The notes under the pieces were generated by a model, which was given only the letters and a program-made list of their open reading frames with translations, had not been told where the DNA came from and did no database searches. 64,000 bases of DNA from an uncultured bacterium (GTDB lineage: Bacteria > Bacillota_I > Bacilli_A > RFN20 > CAG-826), in the NCBI GenBank assembly GCA_949297805.1, contig CASFTG010000003.1, forward strand, positions 132,473 through 196,472, read 5' to 3'. The position numbers and the translations under genes were made by a program. Shown piece after piece: positions 19,782-29,027 of the stretch. Positions within the stretch are counted from its first letter, which is position 1. Each line of letters opens with the position of its first letter.

Positions 19782-20824
19782 TCAAGGACCTGCATGATGG
19801 GGACCGGGTTTACGGCCGGTTCTTAATTAACGATTGCAAGAAATGCGTCTCGGGGAAGGGGAAGAACTACCTGACCCTCGTCTTGCAAGACAAAAGCGGC
19901 ACCGTCGACGCCAAGAAATGGGACGTGATGCCCGGGGACGAAGAGCTTTTCGCCCGGGGGAAGGTGGTGGAGATCACCGCCGATGCTTTACTTTATAACA
20001 AAGCCCTCCAATTGAAGGTCCATTCGGGAGAGAAAGTCGATCCCGCTTCTATCAAATGGGATGACCTCCTCATGAGCGCTCCCCGTTCTTCGACGGAAAT
20101 GGAGCAGAAACTCAACGCCTATATCGAATCCTTGACTAATGAGGATTTAAAGGCCTTGGTGCAGAAAGTCATCGAGAAAAGCGAAGGGAAATATCTCTCC
20201 TGGCCCGGGGCGGTCAGAAATCACCATGAATTCGTCAATGGGCTTTTATTCCATTCCTTAACCATGGCTGATCTCGCCATTAAGGTATGCGAGGTTTATC
20301 CCTCCCTTAACCGCGACGTCGTTTTGGCCGGCACCTTAATTCACGATATCGGCAAAACCGTCGAGTTAAGCGGCCCCCAGGCTTGCGCGTTCACTCTTGA
20401 AGGGAAATTGCTCGGCCATATCTCCTTAGGCTTTGCTATCGTAAGCGAAGCAGCCTCTGAACTTGGGATGTATGCCTATGATGACTTGAAGGAAGAAGAA
20501 AAGACCATCACTCATCCTTTATATGCCAAAAAGGAATTGGCGGTCATCATGGAACACATCATGTTGTCGCACCACGGGAAGCAGGAGTTCGGGAGCCCGG
20601 TTCTTCCGCTTACTAGGGAATCGCTCATCGTCTCGATGATCGATGATATCGATGCAAAGATGATGATTCTTGATAAGGCTTATGCCGAGGTTTTACCCGG
20701 CGATTCGACGGCCAAGATCTTCTCAATGGATGAACGGTATTTCTATAAGCCGACTTACGTAAAAGAAAACCCCTCGCCGGCCGGCTTAAGCCTTGACGAG
20801 GAGTTAGCAGCCCTCAAAGATTAG
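19778..20824 (+). CDS. yhaM: 3'-5' exoribonuclease YhaM (OB-fold + HD domain)
   Basis: N-terminal OB fold, HD motif (LIHDIGK) and HHGKQEFGSP. Confidence 0.85.
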   Translation: MIKDLHDGDRVYGRFLINDCKKCVSGKGKNYLTLVLQDKSGTVDAKKWDVMPGDEELFARGKVVEITADALLYNKALQLKVHSGEKVDPASIKWDDLLMSAPRSSTEMEQKLNAYIESLTNEDLKALVQKVIEKSEGKYLSWPGAVRNHHEFVNGLLFHSLTMADLAIKVCEVYPSLNRDVVLAGTLIHDIGKTVELSGPQACAFTLEGKLLGHISLGFAIVSEAASELGMYAYDDLKEEEKTITHPLYAKKELAVIMEHIMLSHHGKQEFGSPVLPLTRESLIVSMIDDIDAKMMILDKAYAEVLPGDSTAKIFSMDERYFYKPTYVKENPSPAGLSLDEELAALKD

Positions 20825-21243
20825 TCTTTCTTGACCGCGGAAGCGATATCCATGGCCAGGCGCGGGAGGTTCATGCCGCTCGTGTCCTGGCTTTTCATTG
20901 TCAGCTGGAATCCGCCTTCGCCTAAGGCATAACGGGGGATGACGTGGACGTGGAAGTGGGGGACGCTTTGGCCTGCCATTTCGCCAACATTGGTGAGTAT
21001 ATTGACCCCCTTCGCCCCTAAAACCGAGATCTCGGCTTGGCCGATGCGCCGAGCGACGTCGAACACCTTATGCATGGTATCCTGGTCGCAATCAAGGAAA
21101 TTGGCGCAGTGTTTTTTCGGCATGACCAGGGTATGGCCCCGGGTGGTTTGGGAGATGTCGAGGATGGCGAGGACGTCATCGTCTTCATAAACCTTCGAGG
21201 AGGGGATGGATCCCTCGATTATTTGGCAAAATACGTCTTTCAT
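20821..21243 (-). CDS. HIT-family protein (histidine triad nucleotide hydrolase)
   Basis: HFHVHVIP histidine triad. The MKDVFCQII start has a GGAGA RBS. It converges on yhaM with overlapping stop codons. Confidence 0.85.
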   Translation of the reverse strand: MKDVFCQIIEGSIPSSKVYEDDDVLAILDISQTTRGHTLVMPKKHCANFLDCDQDTMHKVFDVARRIGQAEISVLGAKGVNILTNVGEMAGQSVPHFHVHVIPRYALGEGGFQLTMKSQDTSGMNLPRLAMDIASAVKKD

Positions 21244-21251
21244 ATGCTCTC

Positions 21252-21284
21252 CAAGAGAAAAGGGCAAGCTTGCGCCTGCCCTTT
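21252..21284 (-). terminator. Candidate intrinsic terminator for the lipoprotein operon (minus strand)
   Basis: Minus-strand hairpin AAGGGCA..TGCCCTT followed by TTTTCTC. Confidence 0.45.
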
Positions 21285-21299
21285 GATTATATACCTTCT

Positions 21300-22898
21300 T
21301 TAGTCGAATAAATCGGGGAAGGTGGTTTCGAAGTAGTCGTAGATGGTCTGATCGTGGTAGGAGAGAGCCATTTCTTCGACATAGTGCTGCTGGGCCGCCT
21401 TCTGGTAGGACTCAGTATCGGAGACTAACCCGGCGACGGAGTAGATGATGTCGTAAATGTTCTTACCCGCCATTTTGTCGTAGGAGGCATCGCCGCCTTG
21501 GACCAGTTTCGGGGCCTTGACCGCTTCGTCGACCCGGACGATGTACCAAGTCGAGGAATCCTTGTCGTAGATGCAATAAGGATATTGTTCATCGGTCTCG
21601 AATTGTTCGGGGACCATGTAGTAGGATCCGCCGACGTACCAACCGAAGTTGCCTTTGGCGTTGTCTTCCGCCGCCCCTTCCCGGTCGACTTCGTTGGCGA
21701 CGGTGATCTTGAACAAGCGGTTCGAGATCGAGGAGGCCAGATCGCTTAAGCCGGTCGAAGTGTACCAGCCTTCGGTGACGTGGCTGGTGGCGACGGTTTC
21801 CCGTTTCTTGATTTCCAAGCCGGTTTCCTTGGTATAGGCCCCAGCGTTGGTGAAGTCAGTCGAGGAACCGGTGACGTTCCGGTCGTCGGAGAGACCCTTG
21901 TACTCGACGGCGATGTCGCCATAGGTCGTCTCTTCGTAGGTGGCTTCGGTATTATCGTCCGCCGAGGCTTCGACCAGGGTGAACCCGGCGTCGGTGTAGA
22001 TTTGCTGAGCGAACTTGAAGTCTTCGTTATTCTCCGCATCGACGAAGTAGCCTTTGTAAAGCTGATCGAGGAAGTGGAGGTCGCGGTACTTCGCGTCGAC
22101 TTCGGGGTTATTGAGGACCAGCTTGGCGTAGGAACGGACTAACCGTTGGGTGCCGAATTGGACGCCATCGATGTCGGGAAGAGCGATGTATTGGACTTTC
22201 CGGGCATAGGAACGGCCGAGGACGCCATAGTTGTTGTCGAGGAGGTATTGCTCGACTAAGGCTTTCCGATAGATCGTCGGGAGGATGCTCCGCTCAATGT
22301 AGTCCTCATAGGTGACGTACATATTGGTGAAGTACTCTTCGACGTCTTCATAGCTCTTGGCCCCATCGAGGGCGGTTTCTTTGAAGGTATCGAGGCTGCC
22401 GAGCTTATAAAGCTCCGCGACCTGAGCCCGGTAGAACTCCTTCTCCAAGAAGAGGGAACGGCGTTGATAGGTGGTGTTCTCAACGACGGCCCACATCTGG
22501 GTCTCGATCTGATCGACGACGTGGTTGATGAAGGCTAAGGCATTGGCCTGGCCTTTCTCCCCTTCGCCATAGACCGGATGGTTGGCGACGAAGGAGGCGA
22601 GTTTTGAGTTGTCGGTATAGACCTCATACATTCCCCCTTCGCCGAAGAACTCTCCGAAGAGTCCTTTGGAATAGAGGGCGAGGATGTTGTTGAGAACTTT
22701 CTCCGAATTGGAGTCGCCGGCGGTGACCAAAGCATCGTAGATTTGGCCCATGTTGTTGTTAACAACGTCCGAAATGTTGAGGATCGGGGCATTGGCGACA
22801 TCGTCGGGGAGCCCGGCTTCGACGTCGGAGCAGGACGCGAGGCCGAGGGTGGCGGCCGCTAAGGCGGTCAAAGCAAAGGCTTTAAATTTATTTTCCAT
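21300..22898 (-). CDS. Large lipoprotein of unknown function
   Basis: Signal peptide plus lipobox (MENKFKAFALTALAAATLGLASC). The mature protein is rich in D/T/Y/E. A GGAGGAG RBS precedes it. Confidence 0.7.
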   Translation of the reverse strand: MENKFKAFALTALAAATLGLASCSDVEAGLPDDVANAPILNISDVVNNNMGQIYDALVTAGDSNSEKVLNNILALYSKGLFGEFFGEGGMYEVYTDNSKLASFVANHPVYGEGEKGQANALAFINHVVDQIETQMWAVVENTTYQRRSLFLEKEFYRAQVAELYKLGSLDTFKETALDGAKSYEDVEEYFTNMYVTYEDYIERSILPTIYRKALVEQYLLDNNYGVLGRSYARKVQYIALPDIDGVQFGTQRLVRSYAKLVLNNPEVDAKYRDLHFLDQLYKGYFVDAENNEDFKFAQQIYTDAGFTLVEASADDNTEATYEETTYGDIAVEYKGLSDDRNVTGSSTDFTNAGAYTKETGLEIKKRETVATSHVTEGWYTSTGLSDLASSISNRLFKITVANEVDREGAAEDNAKGNFGWYVGGSYYMVPEQFETDEQYPYCIYDKDSSTWYIVRVDEAVKAPKLVQGGDASYDKMAGKNIYDIIYSVAGLVSDTESYQKAAQQHYVEEMALSYHDQTIYDYFETTFPDLFD

Positions 22899-25026
22899 CG
22901 TAGCAAGCTCCTCCATAAGCCCATTCGCCAGTCCCTTCCCGGGCGGCGTCGCTGTTGTAGCCGATGGCGCAGGTCTCGGAAATCAGCTTCTGGCTGCCGT
23001 CTTCCTTCATGGTGCGGGCGGCATCCTGTTGTTCGAGGTATTCGGCGTAGGTGACCCAGTCATCGTCGAAGGACTTTTGAGCGTCATCGACGGCTTTTTG
23101 CCGGGTGATGCGGATGTAATCCTTGATCAGTTTCCCGAAATCGGCATCAGCGAAGGTGATCTTCGAGCTGTTGAGCAATTCCTGGAAGATGTAGTTGTCG
23201 AGGTTGGTGTCGAAGCCTTGGATGGCGTCTTTGACCTTCTTGGCGTTGTCGGCGTAGGTCGAGTCGGCCGAGACCAGTTTGTTGACGAAGGTGGTCTTGG
23301 CGACGGCCTTTCCATCCTCTACATAATAAGGATAATAGTCGGCTTCCTTATCCGCGGTGACCGAACTCGGATTGCTCGGGATGCGGTCCGGGGTCAGGAT
23401 CGAGTAGTAGTCGTTGAGCGAGGTGATGTTCGACGTGGTCTTGTTGGCGTCGTAATCAGCCTTGGTATTCTCCTTGATGGTGTTAGTGGCCGAATCGAAG
23501 GTCACGCCATATTCGGAGAGGGCCGAACGGTCAGCAACGATGAAGTGGATTCCTTGATAGGAGGAAGTGCCAGCCCGGACGGCAAGGATGATTTGGCCCT
23601 TGTCGTTGGTTAAGACGTTGCTGCCGATATCCGGGAGGATGTCGGTGGTATCGACCGAGAAGCCCGGGAGGGCGGCGTATTCGGCATCGAGCGTGCCAGC
23701 GGTGATCGGCTGGCCGTTGGTGTCCGCTTCCTTGTTGACATCGTAGGTTTTGGCCTGGCTATTTTCCTGGTGAATGTCGCCAGTCGGGGTGGCTGCGTTG
23801 GCCGTAGTCGTCCCGTCAAGCAAGTCATTGTAGGAGATGCGGTTCGGGGTGATGACGGCGATCTGATGGTTGTTGAAGTACTTGTTGAACAGGATGTTCC
23901 GCGCGTAGTAGGTGGCGGAATTCTCGTTGACCTGATAGCCGAGGTCCGGCTCACCGCCAGTGGCGGAATAGGAGACGGAGGCATCGGCGAGGGCGACGGC
24001 GGCGCCATAGGGGATGGTGCCGAGGCCGCGGTCGACGAACTCCTGCTTGACCGAGGAGCCATCATCGAGCTTGGCGTCTTCACTCGGGAGGAGGCGGTTC
24101 TTCATCTCCTCGGTGGCGTAGGCGTTGTTGGTCTGATCGGCATAGAGGGCATCGTAAGCATAGAGGCCGAGTTTGAATTCGTGGACGAACTCCGTCGTGA
24201 GGTCCATGATGCCGAGGTCGCCGTAATTCGACGAGGACTCGGTGTCATCGGAGAGCTCATAGGCGATCGAACCGAAGCTCAAGCGCTGATTGACTGGGGT
24301 GGTGCCGTGGGTATTGTCCGAGGTATCGGCGCCGGCGAGTTCCTTGATGACGTCGCCAAGTTTCTCGCTCTCAGTGGCCGAGATGGTGGCTTGGGCGTGC
24401 TCGTTGCTGCTGGCCGATTCGAACTTAACTAGGATGTGGGAGACGTGATAGGGCATCCGGGTCTTGAGATAGCCATCGCTGACCGGGCCGAATTCCGCTT
24501 CGGCCTCGGCGGTCCGTAAGCTGTCCCAAAGGGAGCCATCCCGCATCTTGCCAAGGTTGCTATTGGTGTAATAGTCCTTGGTGAATTGATCTTCTTCTAA
24601 TTCGTAAAGCTTGGCATCGAGCAACTCATCGACGTTGTCGACGTTGTTCGAATCCAAGAGGGCTTCGAATTCCTCTTGGTAGCTGGTGCCATTGTTATTG
24701 GCATTGGTCTCGGCCTGGCTCTTGATGCCATCGACGGCATTCTGGGCTTGATTCTGCAAGTCGGCGAGTTTGCTGGCTTGGGCCGGTTCCTGGTAGTACT
24801 GGCGGATCAATACTTCCTTGACCTTGGAATAGGCGGTGCTGGCGGAGCTGGCGGAATTCTGATAATCGCCGAAGAGGTCCTCAGCGGTGTATTGGATTCG
24901 ATTTCCGGACGCATCCGTATAAGTTAGCAGCACGCCTTCGTCGTAAGTGACCTCGGAGCAGGCAGCGAGGGCGCCGCCGGCCACGAAGGCTCCGACTAGA
25001 CCAAGGGTGAGTTTAGTTTTCTTCAT
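22888..25026 (-). CDS. Large lipoprotein (712 aa) with a possible parvulin/PrsA-like segment
   Basis: Lipobox MKKTKLTLGLVGAFVAGGALAAC. Internal HVSHILVKF and GDLGIMD motifs resemble the parvulin PPIase motifs HILVK and GDLG. Confidence 0.7.
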   Translation of the reverse strand: MKKTKLTLGLVGAFVAGGALAACSEVTYDEGVLLTYTDASGNRIQYTAEDLFGDYQNSASSASTAYSKVKEVLIRQYYQEPAQASKLADLQNQAQNAVDGIKSQAETNANNNGTSYQEEFEALLDSNNVDNVDELLDAKLYELEEDQFTKDYYTNSNLGKMRDGSLWDSLRTAEAEAEFGPVSDGYLKTRMPYHVSHILVKFESASSNEHAQATISATESEKLGDVIKELAGADTSDNTHGTTPVNQRLSFGSIAYELSDDTESSSNYGDLGIMDLTTEFVHEFKLGLYAYDALYADQTNNAYATEEMKNRLLPSEDAKLDDGSSVKQEFVDRGLGTIPYGAAVALADASVSYSATGGEPDLGYQVNENSATYYARNILFNKYFNNHQIAVITPNRISYNDLLDGTTTANAATPTGDIHQENSQAKTYDVNKEADTNGQPITAGTLDAEYAALPGFSVDTTDILPDIGSNVLTNDKGQIILAVRAGTSSYQGIHFIVADRSALSEYGVTFDSATNTIKENTKADYDANKTTSNITSLNDYYSILTPDRIPSNPSSVTADKEADYYPYYVEDGKAVAKTTFVNKLVSADSTYADNAKKVKDAIQGFDTNLDNYIFQELLNSSKITFADADFGKLIKDYIRITRQKAVDDAQKSFDDDWVTYAEYLEQQDAARTMKEDGSQKLISETCAIGYNSDAAREGTGEWAYGGACYDGK

Positions 25027-25066
25027 ACTGGACTCGTTCCTCCTTCGTCATGAACGTAGCGCGATA

Positions 25067-25095
25067 ATCATATGCTTTAACAAGTATTGTTACAA
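25067..25095 (-). promoter_or_regulatory. Sigma-A-like promoter for the lipoprotein operon
   Basis: On the minus strand: TTGTAA, a 17-nt spacer, then TATGAT. It sits about 40 nt upstream of the ATG (GGAGGAA RBS). Confidence 0.4.
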
Positions 25096-25171
25096 GGCTA
25101 AATTTCCATGCCAAAACCTAGGGCCGATGGCTGGTTTTTGCAAATCGGCCAAAAACGGCCTTTTTCCTTCG

Positions 25172-25189
25172 CCAAATATAAATATTTGG
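25172..25189. promoter_or_regulatory. Perfect inverted repeat in the divergent intergenic region
   Basis: CCAAATAT-A-ATATTTGG. It is flanked by the direct repeat GGAGGCAAAT at 25188-25197 and 25210-25219. Confidence 0.3.
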
Positions 25190-25280
25190 AGGCAAATCCC
25201 GTGGCATGGGAGGCAAATTCGGCGGGGGAGGGGTCGTTTTCGCTAGTAAAAAGGATATTCCAGTCTATAATCGGAGGGCT

Positions 25281-25760
25281 ATGAACGATACTCCAAATTC
25301 CAATTACGATCGCCGCTGCCCCTCTTGCGGCACCAACCTTAAACCGGGCGACAAGTTCTGCCCCCTTTGCGGCTCGCCCGTCGAGGAGGAGAAAACGGCC
25401 AAACAGCCGGGTTATTGCCCTAAATGCGGCTTCTACAAGGACGATATCAACGCCCCTTGCCCGCACTGCGGTTTTTCTCCTAACCAATCGAGCGGCTATT
25501 CCAATTACCAATCGCCCGCTGGCAAGCAAGTATATGGGAACGCCGATCCCGACGCGAATAAGGCAATCAAAGGCGGTTTCCTCGGCTTCCTCATGGCCTT
25601 CTTTTTAGGGGTCCTTGGCTTGATCCTCTGCCTGATTTTCGGCGATAAAGCCTGCCGGAAAGGCTGCGTCATCACCTTCATCGTGGTCTTCGTCGTCGAG
25701 ATGATTCTGCTTACGATCCTGCTTTCGAGCGGGGCCCTATCGGCGATATTCTATAATTGA
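25281..25760 (+). CDS. Double zinc-ribbon protein with C-terminal TM helices
   Basis: Two CPxCG-type ribbons (CPSCG..CPLCG and CPKCG..CPHCG) followed by hydrophobic segments. GGAGGG RBS and a TATAAT at 25264. Confidence 0.65.
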   Translation: MNDTPNSNYDRRCPSCGTNLKPGDKFCPLCGSPVEEEKTAKQPGYCPKCGFYKDDINAPCPHCGFSPNQSSGYSNYQSPAGKQVYGNADPDANKAIKGGFLGFLMAFFLGVLGLILCLIFGDKACRKGCVITFIVVFVVEMILLTILLSSGALSAIFYN

Positions 25761-25866
25761 ACCCCTTTGCTTTTGCAAAGACTGGCCTTTTGCCCCCATT
25801 ATCACATTTGTTGCCCTCTCCGCTTGAGGTCACTACAATATGGGGGCTTTTTGATAGGAGCTTTCT

Positions 25867-26697
25867 ATGCCAACGTTATTGAAAATCGAAAATCTCCATG
25901 TCGCGGTTAAGGGGACGGAGATCCTCAAAGGCATCGACTTGGAACTTAATGAAGGGGAGACCCTGGCTTTATTAGGCCCCAATGGCCATGGCAAATCGAC
26001 TTTGCTCGGGACCATCATGGGTAACCCGATCTATGAGGTCACCGAAGGGAATATCACCTTCAAAGGCCAAGATGTCCTTTCCCTAAGCGTCGATGCCCGG
26101 TCGAAAGCCGGCCTCTTCTTAGCCATGCAATACCCGGCCGAGATCCCGGGGGTCAATTCCAGCGATTTCCTTAAGGCCGCCATGAACGCCAGGCGGAGCA
26201 AACCGCTGACCTTATTTGAGTTCTATTCCAAGCTTCAAGCGGCCTATAAGGCGGTTGGCATCCCCTTTGAGATGAACAACCGGAACCTCAACGAAGGGTT
26301 CTCTGGCGGGGAGAAGAAGCGGAGCGAGATTTTGCAGATGCTGCTTTTGGAACCGGATCTCGCCATGCTCGATGAGATTGATTCCGGCCTCGATGTCGAC
26401 GCCATGCAAATCGTGGCCGCCGCCATCAAAGGCGAGCAGGCCAAGGGCCGTTCTTTCCTCGTCGTCTCCCATTACGCCCGTTTGTATTCGATGATCAATC
26501 CGACCAGAGCGGCTGTCATCATCAATGGCCGGGTCGCGGTCGATGGGGGTCCGGAGCTCATTAAGCGGATTGATAACGAAGGCTATGAATGGATCAAGCG
26601 GGAACTCGGCATCGAGATCGCCAAAGAAGAGACGGCGATGAACGAGGTTTCGATCGGCGTCTGCGCCACCCGGGTGGCGACGAAGGAGGGGAAATGA
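25867..26697 (+). CDS. sufC: Fe-S cluster assembly ATPase SufC
   Basis: Walker A GPNGHGKST. FSGGEKKR signature. Sits in a suf operon. Confidence 0.9.
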   Translation: MPTLLKIENLHVAVKGTEILKGIDLELNEGETLALLGPNGHGKSTLLGTIMGNPIYEVTEGNITFKGQDVLSLSVDARSKAGLFLAMQYPAEIPGVNSSDFLKAAMNARRSKPLTLFEFYSKLQAAYKAVGIPFEMNNRNLNEGFSGGEKKRSEILQMLLLEPDLAMLDEIDSGLDVDAMQIVAAAIKGEQAKGRSFLVVSHYARLYSMINPTRAAVIINGRVAVDGGPELIKRIDNEGYEWIKRELGIEIAKEETAMNEVSIGVCATRVATKEGK

Positions 26698-27362
26698 AGA
26701 CCCTCGTTTTCCGCGACCAAACCTGGAAGGGAACGCTAGAAATCACCGAACCGACCAAGCTTAACCTGGCTTTCTTTAGCCATTTCCCAAGCGAATCGCT
26801 TTCCATAACGGTCCGTAAGGGCATGACCTTAGTCGCGGCCTTGGGGGATTTTTCTCTTGGCCAGGGTCGGTTCCAAGTCAAAATTGACTTAGAAGAAGGG
26901 GCGAGCCTAGATTGGCATTTGGCCGCGGTCGCTTCGAAGGACAACCAAAAAGTCTTCGATGTCTCGGCTTATCATTTATCCCCGGCTTCGAGAGCCGTCG
27001 TCTCTAATTATGGCATCGCCAAAGACGGCGGGCGCTTGACCTTCGCCGGCGTCTCCAAAATCGAGCGCGGGGCGAAAGGCAGCGACACCCGGCAGGAAGC
27101 CAAGATCATCGTCTTCGATTCGGGGTCGGACGGGAAATGCTCGCCGGTTCTTAAAATCGACGAAAACGACGTCAATGCCTCCCATGGGGCTTCGGTTGGC
27201 CGGCTAAATGACGACCATTTGTTCTATTTACTTAGTCGGGGTCTACCGGAAGTAGAAGCCCGCCGGCTCATCACCATGGGGTATCTAAAACCAGTCCTAG
27301 CCTACTTTGACGACGAAGAACTTAAAGGCGCGTTGGAGCACTCCATCGAGGAGGGGTTATGA
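26694..27362 (+). CDS. sufD: SufD/SufB-family Fe-S assembly protein, short form (222 aa)
   Basis: C-terminal β-helix homology to SufB (DENDVNASHGASVGRL.., LFYLLSRGL). The ATG overlaps the sufC stop (ATGA). Confidence 0.7.
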   Translation: MKTLVFRDQTWKGTLEITEPTKLNLAFFSHFPSESLSITVRKGMTLVAALGDFSLGQGRFQVKIDLEEGASLDWHLAAVASKDNQKVFDVSAYHLSPASRAVVSNYGIAKDGGRLTFAGVSKIERGAKGSDTRQEAKIIVFDSGSDGKCSPVLKIDENDVNASHGASVGRLNDDHLFYLLSRGLPEVEARRLITMGYLKPVLAYFDDEELKGALEHSIEEGL

Positions 27363-28594
27363 TCGATCCATACAAGATTCGAGAAGATTTCCCAATGTTC
27401 GTCAATAAGGTGTCAATGCAAGGATATCCGCTTTGTTGGCTGGACAATGCCTCGACCACCTTCAAACCTTATTCGGTCTTAAAGGCCGTCGAGTCTTATT
27501 ACACCCTCCATACCTCCAACTCCCATCGGGGGGATTATGACCTTTGCTACGACATGGATATGAAGGTGTTGGAAGCAAGAAAGAAGATCGCCGCCTTCAT
27601 TAACGCTGACCCGACCGAGATCGTTTTCACTTCCGGGACGACCAATTCGATTAACTTGGTGGCTTTTGGCTATGGGGCCAAGTTCCTTACCAAAGACGAC
27701 GAGATTCTCATCACCCAAGCCGAGCACGCCTCCAACGTTTTACCTTGGTTTAAAGTTAGTGAGATGACCGGATGCAAAATCGGCTATATCCCGTTGGAAA
27801 AAGATGGCCGATTGACCGCGGAAAGCCTGCAAAAGGTCATTAATCCGCACGTAAAACTCATTTGCATCGCCCATATCACCAATGTTTTGGGCTATGTGGC
27901 CCCGTTGAAGGAAATCGCGCAGATCGCGCATAAAAACGGTTCGTTAGTGGTCGTCGATGGGGCCCAATCGGTTCCCCATATCAAAACCGACGTTAGGGAC
28001 CTCGATATCGACTTCCTTTCCTTCTCCGGTCACAAGATGCTCGGCCCGACTGGGATCGGGGTCTTATATGGCAAGTTTGACCTGCTTTCGAAGACTGATC
28101 CGTTCATGACTGGTGGAGGAATGAATGCAAAGTTCGACATGTGCGGTGACGTGAACTATTTGCAGCCGCCTTTACGGTTTGAAGCCGGCACCCAAAATCT
28201 TGAAGGGATTGTCGGGCTTGGGGCGGCCATCGACTATTTGAATTCTGTTGGCTTAGAAAACGTCAACCAACACGAGATGATGCTAAAGAAATACTGTGTG
28301 GAGAAACTGCAGGAAACAGGGGCGGTCACCATCTATAATGCCGATTCGCCCGCTGGCATCGTCGCCTTCAACGTGAACGATGTTTTCGCCCAGGACGCCG
28401 CCACTTATTTCAATTCCCAGGGCATCGCGGTGCGAAGCGGACAGCACTGCGCGAAAATCCTGATTGATTTCCTCCATACTGTTGCCACCGTCCGGGCCAG
28501 TTTCTATCTTTATACGACTAAGGAAGACATCGATCGGCTGGTCGAGGCCGTTAAGAAATGCAAGGAGGGTTATCTGAATGCCTACTTCAATTGA
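27359..28594 (+). CDS. sufS: Cysteine desulfurase SufS (class V aminotransferase)
   Basis: PLP-lysine region FSGHKMLGPTGIGVLYG. Active-site Cys region RSGQHCA. Confidence 0.9.
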   Translation: MIDPYKIREDFPMFVNKVSMQGYPLCWLDNASTTFKPYSVLKAVESYYTLHTSNSHRGDYDLCYDMDMKVLEARKKIAAFINADPTEIVFTSGTTNSINLVAFGYGAKFLTKDDEILITQAEHASNVLPWFKVSEMTGCKIGYIPLEKDGRLTAESLQKVINPHVKLICIAHITNVLGYVAPLKEIAQIAHKNGSLVVVDGAQSVPHIKTDVRDLDIDFLSFSGHKMLGPTGIGVLYGKFDLLSKTDPFMTGGGMNAKFDMCGDVNYLQPPLRFEAGTQNLEGIVGLGAAIDYLNSVGLENVNQHEMMLKKYCVEKLQETGAVTIYNADSPAGIVAFNVNDVFAQDAATYFNSQGIAVRSGQHCAKILIDFLHTVATVRASFYLYTTKEDIDRLVEAVKKCKEGYLNAYFN

Positions 28595-29027
28595 AATCAC
28601 CCCCGAGATCATGCGGGAGATCATCATGGACCATGTCGGCAATCCCCGGCATAAAAGGCGGAGCGATGATTCTTCGGCTTTAACCACCCATTCCTCCTCG
28701 GTCAATTGCATCGACGACATCGATGTCTATTTGACTTTCGATGACCACGGCAAAGTTAAAGACGCCTGCTGGGATGGGGTCTCGTGCGCCATTACCACCG
28801 CCTCGAGCGATATCCTTTGCGATTTACTTATCGGCAAAGACAAGGAAGAGGCCCTTTCGATCATCGACGAATATATGAAGATGATCCACGAAGAGCCTTA
28901 TGACGCCTCGAAATTGCAGGAAGCCTTGGCCTTTGCCAATACTTCCAAGCAGGCGGCGCGGATTCACTGCGCCACCATCGCCTTCGACGCCTTCAAGAAG
29001 CTATTGGAGGAGCACCATCATGAATGA
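28578..29027 (+). CDS. sufU: SufU/IscU-like Fe-S/zinc-dependent sulfurtransferase scaffold
   Basis: Conserved NifU-N-like residues (GNPRHKRR, Cys, Asp, Cys..Cys). Confidence 0.85.
   Translation: MPTSIEITPEIMREIIMDHVGNPRHKRRSDDSSALTTHSSSVNCIDDIDVYLTFDDHGKVKDACWDGVSCAITTASSDILCDLLIGKDKEEALSIIDEYMKMIHEEPYDASKLQEALAFANTSKQAARIHCATIAFDAFKKLLEEHHHE

Noticed and set aside
22750-24432. Plus-strand ORFs of 287 and 220 aa (Gly/Val/Asp-rich) inside the lipoprotein genes, plus the Pro/Thr/Ser-rich minus-frame ORFs (23610-24083, 21746-22039).
   Set aside because: They are alternative-frame and antisense reading frames of the long D/T-rich lipoprotein genes. They lack RBSs, and the lipoprotein frames carry proper signal peptides and lipoboxes.
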